A stretch of DNA of 64,000 bases, taken from contig JBEKII010000002.1 of NCBI GenBank assembly GCA_050011835.1, positions 76,173 to 140,172 on the forward strand, written 5' to 3'. Numbering within the stretch: the stretch's first letter is position 1; the number at the start of each line of letters is the position of its first letter. Below the pieces are notes generated by a model, which saw nothing but the letters and a program-made list of their open reading frames with translations, had not been told where the DNA came from and did not search any database. This stretch comes from Minisyncoccia bacterium (lineage in GTDB: Bacteria; Patescibacteriota; Minisyncoccia; Phycocordibacterales; Phycocordibacteraceae). A program made the position numbers and the translations under genes. Below are positions 29,337 to 38,664 of this stretch, one piece after another.

Positions 29337-31157
29337 ATGAAAATTACCATGAAAAAAATTACCGTCGCTCTCGCCGTTCTATTTTTTGTAGTGCCATCAG
29401 TATCGTTTGCAGCGGGTCTCACGAATTCACAAATTCAAGCAATACTCTCACTTCTTTCCTCTTTTGGCGCAGATAGCGCGACGGTTGCAAGTGTTCAGAC
29501 AGCTCTAACCGGAACATCAACGACCGGAGGGCAATCCTGCTACAACTTCTCTACCAATTTACGCATAGGACAAAGCGGCTCTGGCATCACCGCGCTTCAA
29601 ACGGCGCTTCGGAATGACGGGGAATCAGTAACCGTGAGCGGCTCGTTTGACGATCAAACCGCCTCTGCTGTTACGGGTCTCCAACAAAAGTATGCAAACG
29701 ATATCCTTACCCCGAATGGCCTTCAATACGGTACTGGCTATGTTGGTGCTGCAACGAGAGCGAAATTGAATAGCCTTTGTGCCAATGGTTATCAACAGAC
29801 GACCTCAGCGATGAATCCGGCGACAACACAAACAGTAACGCCGACACCGCCGACACCGCAGACCAATCAACAAAATACTCAGCCGGTAACACCAACTCCG
29901 ACACCTTCTGTTTCTTCAACACAAACAAATTCACCATGGGTAGACATTAAGGCCGATGGTTCTAATGGCCCGATTACTATGCCCATAGACGGCCCAGCAG
30001 TAACAATCTCTTGGACATCGCATGGTGTACTGAATTGTGCCTTTACCGACATGTCGGGTGTAGCGACGAGCGTCAGCACATCTGGCAGTAAATCGGAATC
30101 GTTCTCAGGAACGGCGCAGAAGAATACAGTAACTATTAGCTGCTCTGCTCTGGTGAATAATGTTGTTACACCAAATGCGGTTTCCGACTCGGTCGTTGTG
30201 AATGTAGCCCCTCCAACAGGGCAAATCTCACCGATTTCCGTTTCATCCGATTCGAGTCCAGCCAATGTATTCCAAGGTACCGGCGGGACACTCGCTAGCT
30301 TCACTCTGACTGGTTCAAATGAGGCAGTAAAAGTTACCGACCTCTATCTCTGCTCCATTGATTCGATTCATCATGGTGGTCTTGCAAACGTCTCCATCAT
30401 GGGAGTCAATGCCTCGACACTGTCGATTGTCGACTGCGATACGAGCCCTGCAGGCACTGACTTCTCGCTCGGTTCTTCTCTCATCCTGCCAGCCAGAGGT
30501 ACGGCCTCAATAACTGTCTCCGGCACTGTGAAAACATCGACAGGAACAAATCTCTCGGACGGCGAGACGGTGCAAATCAAGCTCGTCGGTCAGGGTTCTC
30601 AAGGATCTAATGGCGTAGGCCAATCTTCACTCAATCCTTACACCATACCGAGTAGCGATGTCTTAGGACGCGCGGTGCCCGTTGTCGGTAGTGGGACACT
30701 TTCTGCATCTCCGGCATACTCGTGCTCGTTGGTTCAGACCGGTCTTGGTAATCAGAGTGCCTGTCTCGGATCATTTACGCTCTCTGCGATGAAAGAGGGA
30801 ATCACCGTTAACACAATAGGAATTGATATGTCGGCAGCCAATGCGGCGCTCGTGACGAATCTAACACTGAAGTATCACTATGGTGATAACAATCAGGGTG
30901 CAGTACTTGGCTCAGTCATCACAACACCAAGTGCAAACAATCCGTTTTATATGACTCCTGTATCTTTTGGTACTGGGAGGGGTCTCGATATTTCAACCTC
31001 GGGACTCACAACGATTGATGTCTATGGAAATGTTCCATCGGGTGCGGGTACAATTCAATTGACTCTCGACCCATCGACGAGCGGTACTGGCGATATGACG
31101 GGCATTTCGGCCTCGCTTGCCTCGCCAGTGCAGCTCAAGGCCGTTACAATTCAGTAG
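29337..31157 (+). CDS. Secreted cell-surface protein with a PG-binding-like domain and Ig-like repeats
   Basis: 606 aa. Signal peptide plus a conserved leader (AAGLTNSQIQAILSLLSSFGADSAT). A LxxGxxGxxVxxLQ PG_binding_1-like block. Thr/Pro-rich linker. Confidence 0.65.
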   Translation: MKITMKKITVALAVLFFVVPSVSFAAGLTNSQIQAILSLLSSFGADSATVASVQTALTGTSTTGGQSCYNFSTNLRIGQSGSGITALQTALRNDGESVTVSGSFDDQTASAVTGLQQKYANDILTPNGLQYGTGYVGAATRAKLNSLCANGYQQTTSAMNPATTQTVTPTPPTPQTNQQNTQPVTPTPTPSVSSTQTNSPWVDIKADGSNGPITMPIDGPAVTISWTSHGVLNCAFTDMSGVATSVSTSGSKSESFSGTAQKNTVTISCSALVNNVVTPNAVSDSVVVNVAPPTGQISPISVSSDSSPANVFQGTGGTLASFTLTGSNEAVKVTDLYLCSIDSIHHGGLANVSIMGVNASTLSIVDCDTSPAGTDFSLGSSLILPARGTASITVSGTVKTSTGTNLSDGETVQIKLVGQGSQGSNGVGQSSLNPYTIPSSDVLGRAVPVVGSGTLSASPAYSCSLVQTGLGNQSACLGSFTLSAMKEGITVNTIGIDMSAANAALVTNLTLKYHYGDNNQGAVLGSVITTPSANNPFYMTPVSFGTGRGLDISTSGLTTIDVYGNVPSGAGTIQLTLDPSTSGTGDMTGISASLASPVQLKAVTIQ

Positions 31158-31962
31158 GGGTACTGTTTGGTAGTGTGTTATTTGGCGCAAAATAGTTAGG
31201 AATTAAGCCTTATTCATCAATGTCAGCACACGACACCAATTTTGTTGTTCTTGGTCAATATCTTGCCGGCTAGCTTGGTCTAAGCTAAGTTATAAATAGG
31301 AACGCAAAAAAGCCCTTCTTTCGAAGAGCTTTCTGGGTTCTCAAGAGTTACACCTCTTTTTGAACAGTCTTGTTTCTAGGAAGCGCTCTTAACCTTACGG
31401 CGAGAGCGTTTTCCTTTTCTCGACACTCCCCCAATAGGGAAGCACTTGAACCCGTAATCGGAAGCGTGTAATACGCGACCGTTACGGAGGGTTATGGTTG
31501 CAACGCAATTCATAGTTCTGTTTTTGTTGGCGGAGCTTGATAAAGATTTCATTATTTCAGGGCGTCACGCACTTCACTCCCTAATGCGCTGGCAGAAAAC
31601 ACCGATGGATAGACCAACGGTCAAAGCCAATAGATTTCAAAGAACAAAGGCCTCAAGGGACGGGACTCCGTGGAAGTTTCCTTCCGCGAAATACCCTCCT
31701 CTAAGGCCTTCTAATCTGTTCGATTTGAAAATCTGTTGTCTTAGGTAATTCGGTAAGTCCCGTCCCCTCTTGCGAGGTAACTCCAATATAACACTTTTTT
31801 CTTTGTCAATAGCCTTTTCGGAAAGACACCTGTGGAGAGCGGATTATTCGTCGTCTTTCCCTTCCATCTTTGCAGTAATTATCCTAGTTAAACTAAAATA
31901 ACCTATCATCAGGCTAGTTAAACTAACATAATATATCATCCGACAGCATCCATTCGGGCTAT

Positions 31963-32481
31963 TTAAGTGGCCGCTGCCGCGACGTCCTCCATCGTGATAC
32001 CAGCCCGCTTGATGAGCATGTATTTCGTTTCGCCGGAGAGATATGGCTTTCGTATCGCACGGGATATCGCTCTCGCTTTCCTCGATGGTTGCTCATACTG
32101 AAGGCGACAGCAGATACGGCAGAGCGGGGATTCCAACATACTGTATTCGTAAAGGTACTTTACACGGCGGTAACAGCCGTTGCAGCGGAAGTAGAAAATA
32201 TATCCTCGGTCTGGCCCAAGATTGGAGGGTACGAACTCTACTTTCTGCCGATCCCAGTATAAATAACCGCCATGAATATCTCGCGCCGACTTAAAAGCGG
32301 TATTTTCAGGAAGATTTATCTGCTCAACCATATTTTTGACTTCGCCTAGATGTCGGGTGTTGAATATCCGCCCCCTATCCCTCATGTGCCACACAAAGGT
32401 TCTGATGTAGTCAGTAATATCCTTTCGATCTAACACTGTTATTTTCTGGTTTTTCTCTTGTCGGGAGCTGTACATAATCAC
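31963..32481 (-). CDS. Hypothetical protein with a Cys4 zinc-finger-like motif
   Basis: 172 aa. CNGC...CRICC motif. Confidence 0.4.
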   Translation of the reverse strand: MIMYSSRQEKNQKITVLDRKDITDYIRTFVWHMRDRGRIFNTRHLGEVKNMVEQINLPENTAFKSARDIHGGYLYWDRQKVEFVPSNLGPDRGYIFYFRCNGCYRRVKYLYEYSMLESPLCRICCRLQYEQPSRKARAISRAIRKPYLSGETKYMLIKRAGITMEDVAAAAT

Positions 32482-32571
32482 TAAGAATCTCTAAGACAAC
32501 TCTGCATAGCTCCGCAAATCCACGCTCAGCCATGCCGAAATCTGTTGCCAATCTCGTCTAACGGATGCAAC

Positions 32572-32690
32572 ACGGTTGTGACGCCAGGAACCAGTACCGT
32601 CCCCCGTCAAAATTGGTACTGTACCGACCCTCATGGTCGGCTAGAAAAGCGCATAAAACCACGAGAGTGATTTTTGCGTATGTAGCATTT
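32572..32690 (+). repeat. att-like core plus tail, copy 3
   Basis: caacacggttgtgacgccaggaaccagtaccg...ggtactgtaccgac...aaaagcgcataaaaccac. Confidence 0.6.
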
Positions 32691-32812
32691 CCAACATATT
32701 TCCAGTTCAATTCCGACTCTCGTATTCGCCACTGTTTTGTGTTCTAATCACGGGAATCTGGTTCAATTCCGGCGCGGGTTTTTATATAAGAAAAGAGTAT
32801 ATAATCTAGAAA

Positions 32813-33397
32813 ATGAAGCGCATACCAATACCAAGTCCTTATTTTGACCTGAACGAACAGGTGAGCGATCTCTATTACGACGCAATGGAATTGGTTGATA
32901 GCGGGAAGGTTGGTGCGAAAAGGGCAGAGAAACTTTTAACAAAGGCACTTGAGCTCGATCAGCATTCCGTTCAGGTTCATATTGGTTTTGCACATGTATA
33001 CGGAACGCTTGGGGACAAAGTGAAGGCCGAGGATCATATTAAAAAAGCGTATAAAGAAACACAAAAACTCTTTCCCTCATGGCCTCGGCGCATGGAATGG
33101 GGCATTATGGAGAACCGGCCGTATATGCGAGCCATTCAATATCAGGCAGATTTATACGCTCGCACGAAAGTGAACGAAAAAGCCATTGAGCTATACCGGC
33201 TCCTTTTAAAAATGAATCCGAATGATAATCAGGGAGTTAGGTACACACTTTCTGGCGTCTATGCGGGAATAAGCGGTCAGGAGATAAACGCGATGTTTGA
33301 TGAGGGGAACGAAAAGCAAAACTGGGACGCGCTTGAACTACTGGTCAAGGAACAAAACGCGCAACACAGGTTTTGGAAAGAACCAAAACTGAAGTAG
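32813..33397 (+). CDS. TPR-like repeat protein
   Basis: 194 aa. Helical repeat pattern of the form (ALELDQH...AYKE). Confidence 0.5.
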   Translation: MKRIPIPSPYFDLNEQVSDLYYDAMELVDSGKVGAKRAEKLLTKALELDQHSVQVHIGFAHVYGTLGDKVKAEDHIKKAYKETQKLFPSWPRRMEWGIMENRPYMRAIQYQADLYARTKVNEKAIELYRLLLKMNPNDNQGVRYTLSGVYAGISGQEINAMFDEGNEKQNWDALELLVKEQNAQHRFWKEPKLK

Positions 33398-33412
33398 TTT
33401 TGCTGAGCCTAA

Positions 33413-34468
33413 TTATTTTCTTCGATATCGCGTCGAACGGCCGCTACCGATGCGCTCGATCATCTTGAGCCGCATGAGTTTCTGCAAGGCTTGATTCACA
33501 GTCGGGCGCGGCACTCCAGCCGCGAGAGCAATTTCGCTCGGAGTCGCAGTGCCGGTCTGTGGAATATTCTTCCACACTAATTCCTGTTGCGGCGAAAGAA
33601 GTTGTTCGGTCTGTGCGTGCGTGAGCAAGTTGAGTGCCTGTTTCGACTGTTCAAGAATCACATTCAAGAAGAAGCGCATCCACGGTGTGATATTCGCATT
33701 GTTAAATCGAAACGTTCGTTGGCTCTGTCGGAGCGCGAGATAGTAATCGGTCTTATGGTCCTCGATGATTTTCTCATGCGAGACGTAGGGCATATAGGCG
33801 TAGCCCTGCTGCAAGAGAAGAAGGTTCGTGAGAATGCGTGACAGCCGCCCGTTGCCGTCCTCGAACGGATGAATGGCGAGAAATTCCACGATGAAGTTGC
33901 CGATGACGAGAAGAGGATGAAATTTCCGTTCGAGAATCGCTTGTTGTGTCCACTCCACGAGTTCCAACATTTCTTTGCCGGTCAGATACGCAGGCGTAGT
34001 ATCGAACAGCACACCAACCGACTCATCGGCGGCGTTTACCATCTCAACACGATTTTCTTTCTTCTTGTATTCGCCCCGATGCAGTTCGTCTTTTTCTGCA
34101 TGCTTCAAAAGCTCGCGATGGAAAAATTTAATAGTGCCTTCGGAGAAGGGAATTGATTGATACGAATTGAAGACATTCGTGAGCAATTCATAATATCCTT
34201 GGACCTCTTGCGCATCGCGACTTCGGAATCGCTTGAGCGAGAGTCCGCGCATGAGTTTCTCTACGTCTTCATCAGAGAGTTCTGATCCTTCGATGCGCGT
34301 CGAAGCGCCTGTCGAAGTGACTAGTACTGATTTTCGCAGACGCGTGAGCACCTGCCGATCCAAGTTAGCGCCTTCAACCCACTGCCCGCGAAGCTCGTCT
34401 ATCTGGCGAATAAGCTCCGAGATTTCGTTCGGAAAGGTCGTTATTCTTTTGTTAAATTTTCCATTCAT
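33413..34468 (-). CDS. Fic/Doc family protein with a C-terminal winged HTH
   Basis: Fic motif HPFEDGNGRLSR (HPFxxGNGR). Start set at the internal Met (MNGKF...). C-terminal wHTH. Confidence 0.8.
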   Translation of the reverse strand: MNGKFNKRITTFPNEISELIRQIDELRGQWVEGANLDRQVLTRLRKSVLVTSTGASTRIEGSELSDEDVEKLMRGLSLKRFRSRDAQEVQGYYELLTNVFNSYQSIPFSEGTIKFFHRELLKHAEKDELHRGEYKKKENRVEMVNAADESVGVLFDTTPAYLTGKEMLELVEWTQQAILERKFHPLLVIGNFIVEFLAIHPFEDGNGRLSRILTNLLLLQQGYAYMPYVSHEKIIEDHKTDYYLALRQSQRTFRFNNANITPWMRFFLNVILEQSKQALNLLTHAQTEQLLSPQQELVWKNIPQTGTATPSEIALAAGVPRPTVNQALQKLMRLKMIERIGSGRSTRYRRK

Positions 34469-34594
34469 AATCTTATATATCTGATACATGAGATTGTATA
34501 AGATTACATAAGAAAATGCAATATCCTGAGTACTGAACGGGGCGTAGAATTTAATAAAAGCAAGTAGATAAGCCACATGTGACACTTTTCAGAT

Positions 34595-34730
34595 AAGTCC
34601 AGTTCGATTATGGACCCGGCAACACGGTTGTGATGTCGGTTTCCAGTACCGGTGTTCGTCAAAATCAGTACTGTACCGACTCCTTCGATTGGCCAAAAAA
34701 GCGCATAAAACCACATGAGCGCCAAGAAAG
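34595..34730 (+). repeat. 30-mer (integrase 3'-end duplicate) plus att-like core plus tail, copy 4
   Basis: aagtccagttcgattatggacccggcaaca-cggttgtga-tgtcggtttccagtaccgg...gtactgtaccgac...aaaagcgcataaaaccac. Confidence 0.6.
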
Positions 34731-34754
34731 CGCTATACTGCGCTCATCGGTCCT

Positions 34755-35747
34755 ATGAAGAAGAGTACACTTATCCGAACTTTCGTCATCGCGCTCTTGC
34801 TCGTGGCGCCCTCCATGGCGCTCGCAGCAGGTCTTACCTCATCGCAGGTAGGCGCGATCCTTGGTCTCCTTCGCGCCTTCAATGCACGGGAATCACTCAT
34901 CGCGAGCGTCGCCGACGCCCTCGTGCCCTCGCAGCTTGCCGATCCGCTTCCGGCACCAGTCTCTTCATCGACTCCCGTCGTACCACTTACGCGCCCTGAC
35001 ACGAGCGGCAGTCCCTACACCTCGGGCAGCCTCGGCTACGATCTTTCATTCAATACGCAAAACTATCCCCAGATACCGTTCGGCTTCGTTGTAGTCGGCG
35101 TCACGACCGGCAAGGCATACGCGTATAATGAGCGCGCCCGCTCGGAATATTCTTTTGCGCAGTTCGGTTCCATACGACCGACCTTCTATCTCAATCTCAA
35201 TGCACCGTATGGCAGCACCGCGACGAGCACGAACATGAACGCACCACATGCCTGCGATGCGCTTTTCGGCGCAGCCACCACATCCACTTCGGCTGGCGGC
35301 ACGTATCCAGAGCCGACCGTCTGCGCAAGCTATAACTATGGTTACAACGCAGCGAAAGGCGCCTACGCCTATGCGGCGGGCGCAGGCGTCTCGGCGCCAC
35401 TTTGGTGGCTCGATGTCGAGGATGCGAACAGCTGGTCGCCCGATGTCGCCGTGAACGATGCGGTGATACAGGGAGCAATGGATTACCTGAATGACGAGGG
35501 CATCCGCGTCGGCATCTACTCCGTGCCACGCATGTGGCGCGATATCGCTGGCGATAGCTTCTCTCTCGCACAATCGTTCTCGGGCAGAAGCGCCGCCACG
35601 CCAACCTGGTTTCCAATCGGAATCGCCACGGAGGTTGGAGCTCTCAATGCATGCCTCACCGGCAGCTCCCTCATCTCCGGCAGTCCCATCTGGATCATCC
35701 AGTATGAGACGGATTCGACCGCCGTCGACCAGAACATCGCATGCTAA
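34755..35747 (+). CDS. Secreted protein with a putative glycoside-hydrolase-like (GH25/DUF1906-like) domain
   Basis: 330 aa. Signal peptide plus the same conserved leader (AAGLTSSQVGAILGLLRAF). C-terminal domain with WWLDVE...SW and GIYS motifs. The family call is tentative. Confidence 0.5.
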   Translation: MKKSTLIRTFVIALLLVAPSMALAAGLTSSQVGAILGLLRAFNARESLIASVADALVPSQLADPLPAPVSSSTPVVPLTRPDTSGSPYTSGSLGYDLSFNTQNYPQIPFGFVVVGVTTGKAYAYNERARSEYSFAQFGSIRPTFYLNLNAPYGSTATSTNMNAPHACDALFGAATTSTSAGGTYPEPTVCASYNYGYNAAKGAYAYAAGAGVSAPLWWLDVEDANSWSPDVAVNDAVIQGAMDYLNDEGIRVGIYSVPRMWRDIAGDSFSLAQSFSGRSAATPTWFPIGIATEVGALNACLTGSSLISGSPIWIIQYETDSTAVDQNIAC

Positions 35748-35932
35748 GAGAGCGCCACATCAACACTTTTTCTCTCACCAAAAACTAGCAAGCAATTCTC
35801 TAAACGTTTTAAAATGTCCTCTGGATTGACTGCGGCGGGTACGGCATCGGCGCATGCAATACAGTTGTGATGTTCATATCTGCCTCGTTCAATGATGTAT
35901 ATTAGGGGCATTAATCAATTAATCACCGTATT

Positions 35933-36208
35933 ATGAAAAATGCTTGGTGGTGGATTGTGATAGTGGTAATCGTTCTTGCCGTCGGTTTCTTCTTCTTGCG
36001 CCCGCAGACAACGTCAAATCAAGCGTCTTCGACGGCGGTGAAGCAAACGACAAGCATGCCTGCAACGGCGGCGGTAGAAACGGCGCCGACGCCCGCGGCA
36101 GGCATTGCCGCGCGCAACAACTCGGATGCGTCACTTAACGCCGACATAAACGACATTAACAGCCAAATAACTCAGCTCAACGCCGATTCTCAGGCAGCGG
36201 CGCAATAA
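35933..36208 (+). CDS. Small single-TM protein
   Basis: 91 aa. WWWIVIVVIVLAVGFFF TM helix. Confidence 0.4.
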   Translation: MKNAWWWIVIVVIVLAVGFFFLRPQTTSNQASSTAVKQTTSMPATAAVETAPTPAAGIAARNNSDASLNADINDINSQITQLNADSQAAAQ

Positions 36209-36214
36209 AATAAT

Positions 36215-37012
36215 ATGAAACACCTCAAATCTTTTCTTGCCGCGGGTATGGTTGCTACACTGGTGCTTGGTGCAGCGCCAGTATTCGCGCAATCGATCAC
36301 CGCGACCGCGGCTGTCTCGCCGCGCACTACGCGCGTCGCTTCCACCTCTGCTCTACGCGCGGCACGTGGGGCGAATGCCGTTGCGAATGCAAAATCCGCC
36401 GCTGATAAACAAATTGCCGCGCGCGTAGACAGTTTAAACAAGCTCCTTACGCGAGTGCAGGCGATGGTGCATCTCACTGCCGATGAAAAATCTTCAATTT
36501 CCGTAACTGTCTCTGGCAATATCTCTTCGCTTAATGCGCTCCAGAGCAAGATTGACGCCGATGCGACAACCACGCTCAAGGCCGACATCCAATCAATCAC
36601 AAAGGGCGAGCGCATTTATCTCCTTGTTGAGCCGCAAATTGCAATTCTTGCCGCCGCCGACCGCGCCGCATCTATCGGCGACATGTTCACCGCGCTCGCG
36701 GGCAAGATAGCAACGCGTCTCGCATCAACACCAAACGCCACGGCATCTTCACTTCTCGCTGATCTTCAGGCGAAAGTCGCTGATGTGGAAACGCAATCCG
36801 CAGCGGCAATTTCAGAAACTGCGTCGCTCCAGCCGGACAACGGCGTTGCTTCCGTGCGGGCGTCAAACACAGCGGCGCTGAAGGATGCGCGTAGCAAAAT
36901 TCAAGCCGCGCAGAAAGACCTCAAGACGGCGTATCAGGACGCGGCACAGATCGTGAAGGCCATCAAGGGCGCGCAACCGATGACCTCTTCAACGTCAACG
37001 AGCCCGCAATAA
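36215..37012 (+). CDS. Secreted Ala-rich coiled-coil protein
   Basis: 265 aa. Signal peptide. Ala/Thr-rich low-complexity sequence. Confidence 0.45.
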   Translation: MKHLKSFLAAGMVATLVLGAAPVFAQSITATAAVSPRTTRVASTSALRAARGANAVANAKSAADKQIAARVDSLNKLLTRVQAMVHLTADEKSSISVTVSGNISSLNALQSKIDADATTTLKADIQSITKGERIYLLVEPQIAILAAADRAASIGDMFTALAGKIATRLASTPNATASSLLADLQAKVADVETQSAAAISETASLQPDNGVASVRASNTAALKDARSKIQAAQKDLKTAYQDAAQIVKAIKGAQPMTSSTSTSPQ

Positions 37013-37032
37013 AACGCTGTCTCGTTAAGGTC

Positions 37033-37605
37033 ATGGGCAATCTCTCTATTGATAAATCGAAAACGGCGCTAGTCGTTATTGACCTCCAGAAGGGTATCGC
37101 AGGACGACCGACCGCTCCGCACACATCCGAGGTCGTCATAAAAAATGCGGCGGCGCTCGCCGCCGCATTCAGGAAGAACTCCATGCCGGTGTTTTTGGTG
37201 CGGGTCACCCCATCTTTTGACGGAAAGGATGCATTGCGTCCTATCGTTGATACGACAATGCCGGCTCACGCTCTTCCGTCGAATTGGGCGGATATTGTTC
37301 CTGAGATGGGACCGAAGCACGGAGACTTCGTGATCACCAAGCATCAATGGGGCGCCTTTTACGGTACGGAATTGGATTTGGAATTTAGACGGCGCGCCAT
37401 TACGACGATGGTGCTCTGTGGCATCGCGACAAACATCGGCGTTGAGAGCACCGCCCGATTCGCGTATGAATACGGCTACCAGCAAATCTTTGCCGAAGAT
37501 GCGATGTCTGCCATGTCCGCCGAGGAGCACGTATTTACCGTTACTAAAATATTTCCTCGTATCGGTTTGGTGAGGATAACCAAGGAAATAATCGCCGGTT
37601 TGTAA
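37033..37605 (+). CDS. Isochorismatase-family (cysteine) hydrolase
   Basis: 190 aa. VVIDLQKG and CGIATNIGV catalytic Cys motif. Confidence 0.7.
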   Translation: MGNLSIDKSKTALVVIDLQKGIAGRPTAPHTSEVVIKNAAALAAAFRKNSMPVFLVRVTPSFDGKDALRPIVDTTMPAHALPSNWADIVPEMGPKHGDFVITKHQWGAFYGTELDLEFRRRAITTMVLCGIATNIGVESTARFAYEYGYQQIFAEDAMSAMSAEEHVFTVTKIFPRIGLVRITKEIIAGL

Positions 37606-37621
37606 ACAAAAATCACATGGT

Positions 37622-38026
37622 ATGCAGAAACCAACCGAAAGGCGAGTAGAATATTATCTGAAAATTATTATTGCGATAGCCGCCGTGATTCTCGCGGTCC
37701 TGTGCGTAATGCTCGTAAGGGAATATAAGCATCTGCGCCGGATTGATCATTTTACGGCATACGGGCCATGGCTCGCTGCGCTTCATGCGAGAAGTCCTTT
37801 GGGAGCAAGCGATGCGAGTTCCGTGCAGACATGGATGACGTTTGATTACATCAATCATCTTTTTGCTTTGCCGTCGCGGTATGTGCAGACAACTCTTCAC
37901 ATAACGGATAGCCGCTACCCTCGTTTGACCGTAGCCGAATATGCCGAGGACCAGCATATGAAGCAACTAACATTTCTCGCGCAAGTACAAAACGCTATTC
38001 GTGCGTATTTTGCCCAGAAACAATGA
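37622..38026 (+). CDS. Hypothetical membrane protein
   Basis: 134 aa with one TM helix. Confidence 0.35.
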   Translation: MQKPTERRVEYYLKIIIAIAAVILAVLCVMLVREYKHLRRIDHFTAYGPWLAALHARSPLGASDASSVQTWMTFDYINHLFALPSRYVQTTLHITDSRYPRLTVAEYAEDQHMKQLTFLAQVQNAIRAYFAQKQ

Positions 38027-38664
38027 ACGGTTTTGTAGCGTCGCTGTTGTCGTTCCTATTGCTCTATAAATATTGGGCGCTCTTCGTCGTTATGTTCACT
38101 GCTGCTATTATCCTGCCGCTCCCGACGAACAGCATGCTTCTTGCGGCGGGTGCCTTTGCGAGCCAGGGATACTTTAGTTTCTCGCTCTCGTTCGTCGTTG
38201 CCGTTGTCGCAAGTATTTTTGGAGATTGCCTCGATTACTTTTTAGCCCGCAGATACGGGCGCCACATACTCGAAATGCTTCACCTGCGCATACCTTCTTA
38301 TATTGAGCGGCTTGAACACTACGTGAGGAGACATTCAGGACCGACGATATTTTTTACGCGGTTTGCAGGTACTGCCGATTCGTTGGCGAATCTTCTTTCC
38401 GGATTCATCGGCATGTCGTTTGGAACATTTATTGCATATGATTTTCTTGGCAACGCCGCCTCTATAGGCGGCGTGCTGTATTCCGGTTATTTTCTCGGCA
38501 GCTACTGGCAAAGTTTCTCGGAACTTTTCAATATCGCGGGATGGATATTTCTTGGATTTATCGTTATGGCCGCTTTAGCGGTGACTGTGTGGTACAGAAA
38601 CCACACCAGAGGCGAGACGGCCTCTAGAAGAATCCGAACAGATGAGAGAAGAATCCGCCAATAG
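38023..38664 (+). CDS. DedA/TVP38-family membrane protein
   Basis: 213 aa. DedA-like topology and motifs (GDCLDYFLARRYGR). Confidence 0.65.
   Translation: MNGFVASLLSFLLLYKYWALFVVMFTAAIILPLPTNSMLLAAGAFASQGYFSFSLSFVVAVVASIFGDCLDYFLARRYGRHILEMLHLRIPSYIERLEHYVRRHSGPTIFFTRFAGTADSLANLLSGFIGMSFGTFIAYDFLGNAASIGGVLYSGYFLGSYWQSFSELFNIAGWIFLGFIVMAALAVTVWYRNHTRGETASRRIRTDERRIRQ

Larger units (their letters stand above)
24690..32571. mobile_element. Putative integrative island (serine integrase, replication-like ATPase, cargo) bounded by att-like cores
   Basis: Integrase sits at one end. Iteron-like repeats and a P-loop NTPase are present. Flanked by tRNA-like fragments (24690-24770) and by core copy 32572. 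Confidence 0.45.

Noticed and set aside
34504-34725. 73-aa minus-strand ORF
   Set aside because: It contains VAGSIIELD only because it spans the duplicated 30-mer copied from the integrase 3' end. It is an island-junction remnant, not a gene.
35046-35616. Two minus-strand ORFs (175 aa and 139 aa) within the secreted hydrolase-like gene
   Set aside because: They are antisense to a gene that has a clear signal peptide and conserved leader. Their Arg/Cys/His-rich composition is typical of a GC-rich antisense frame.
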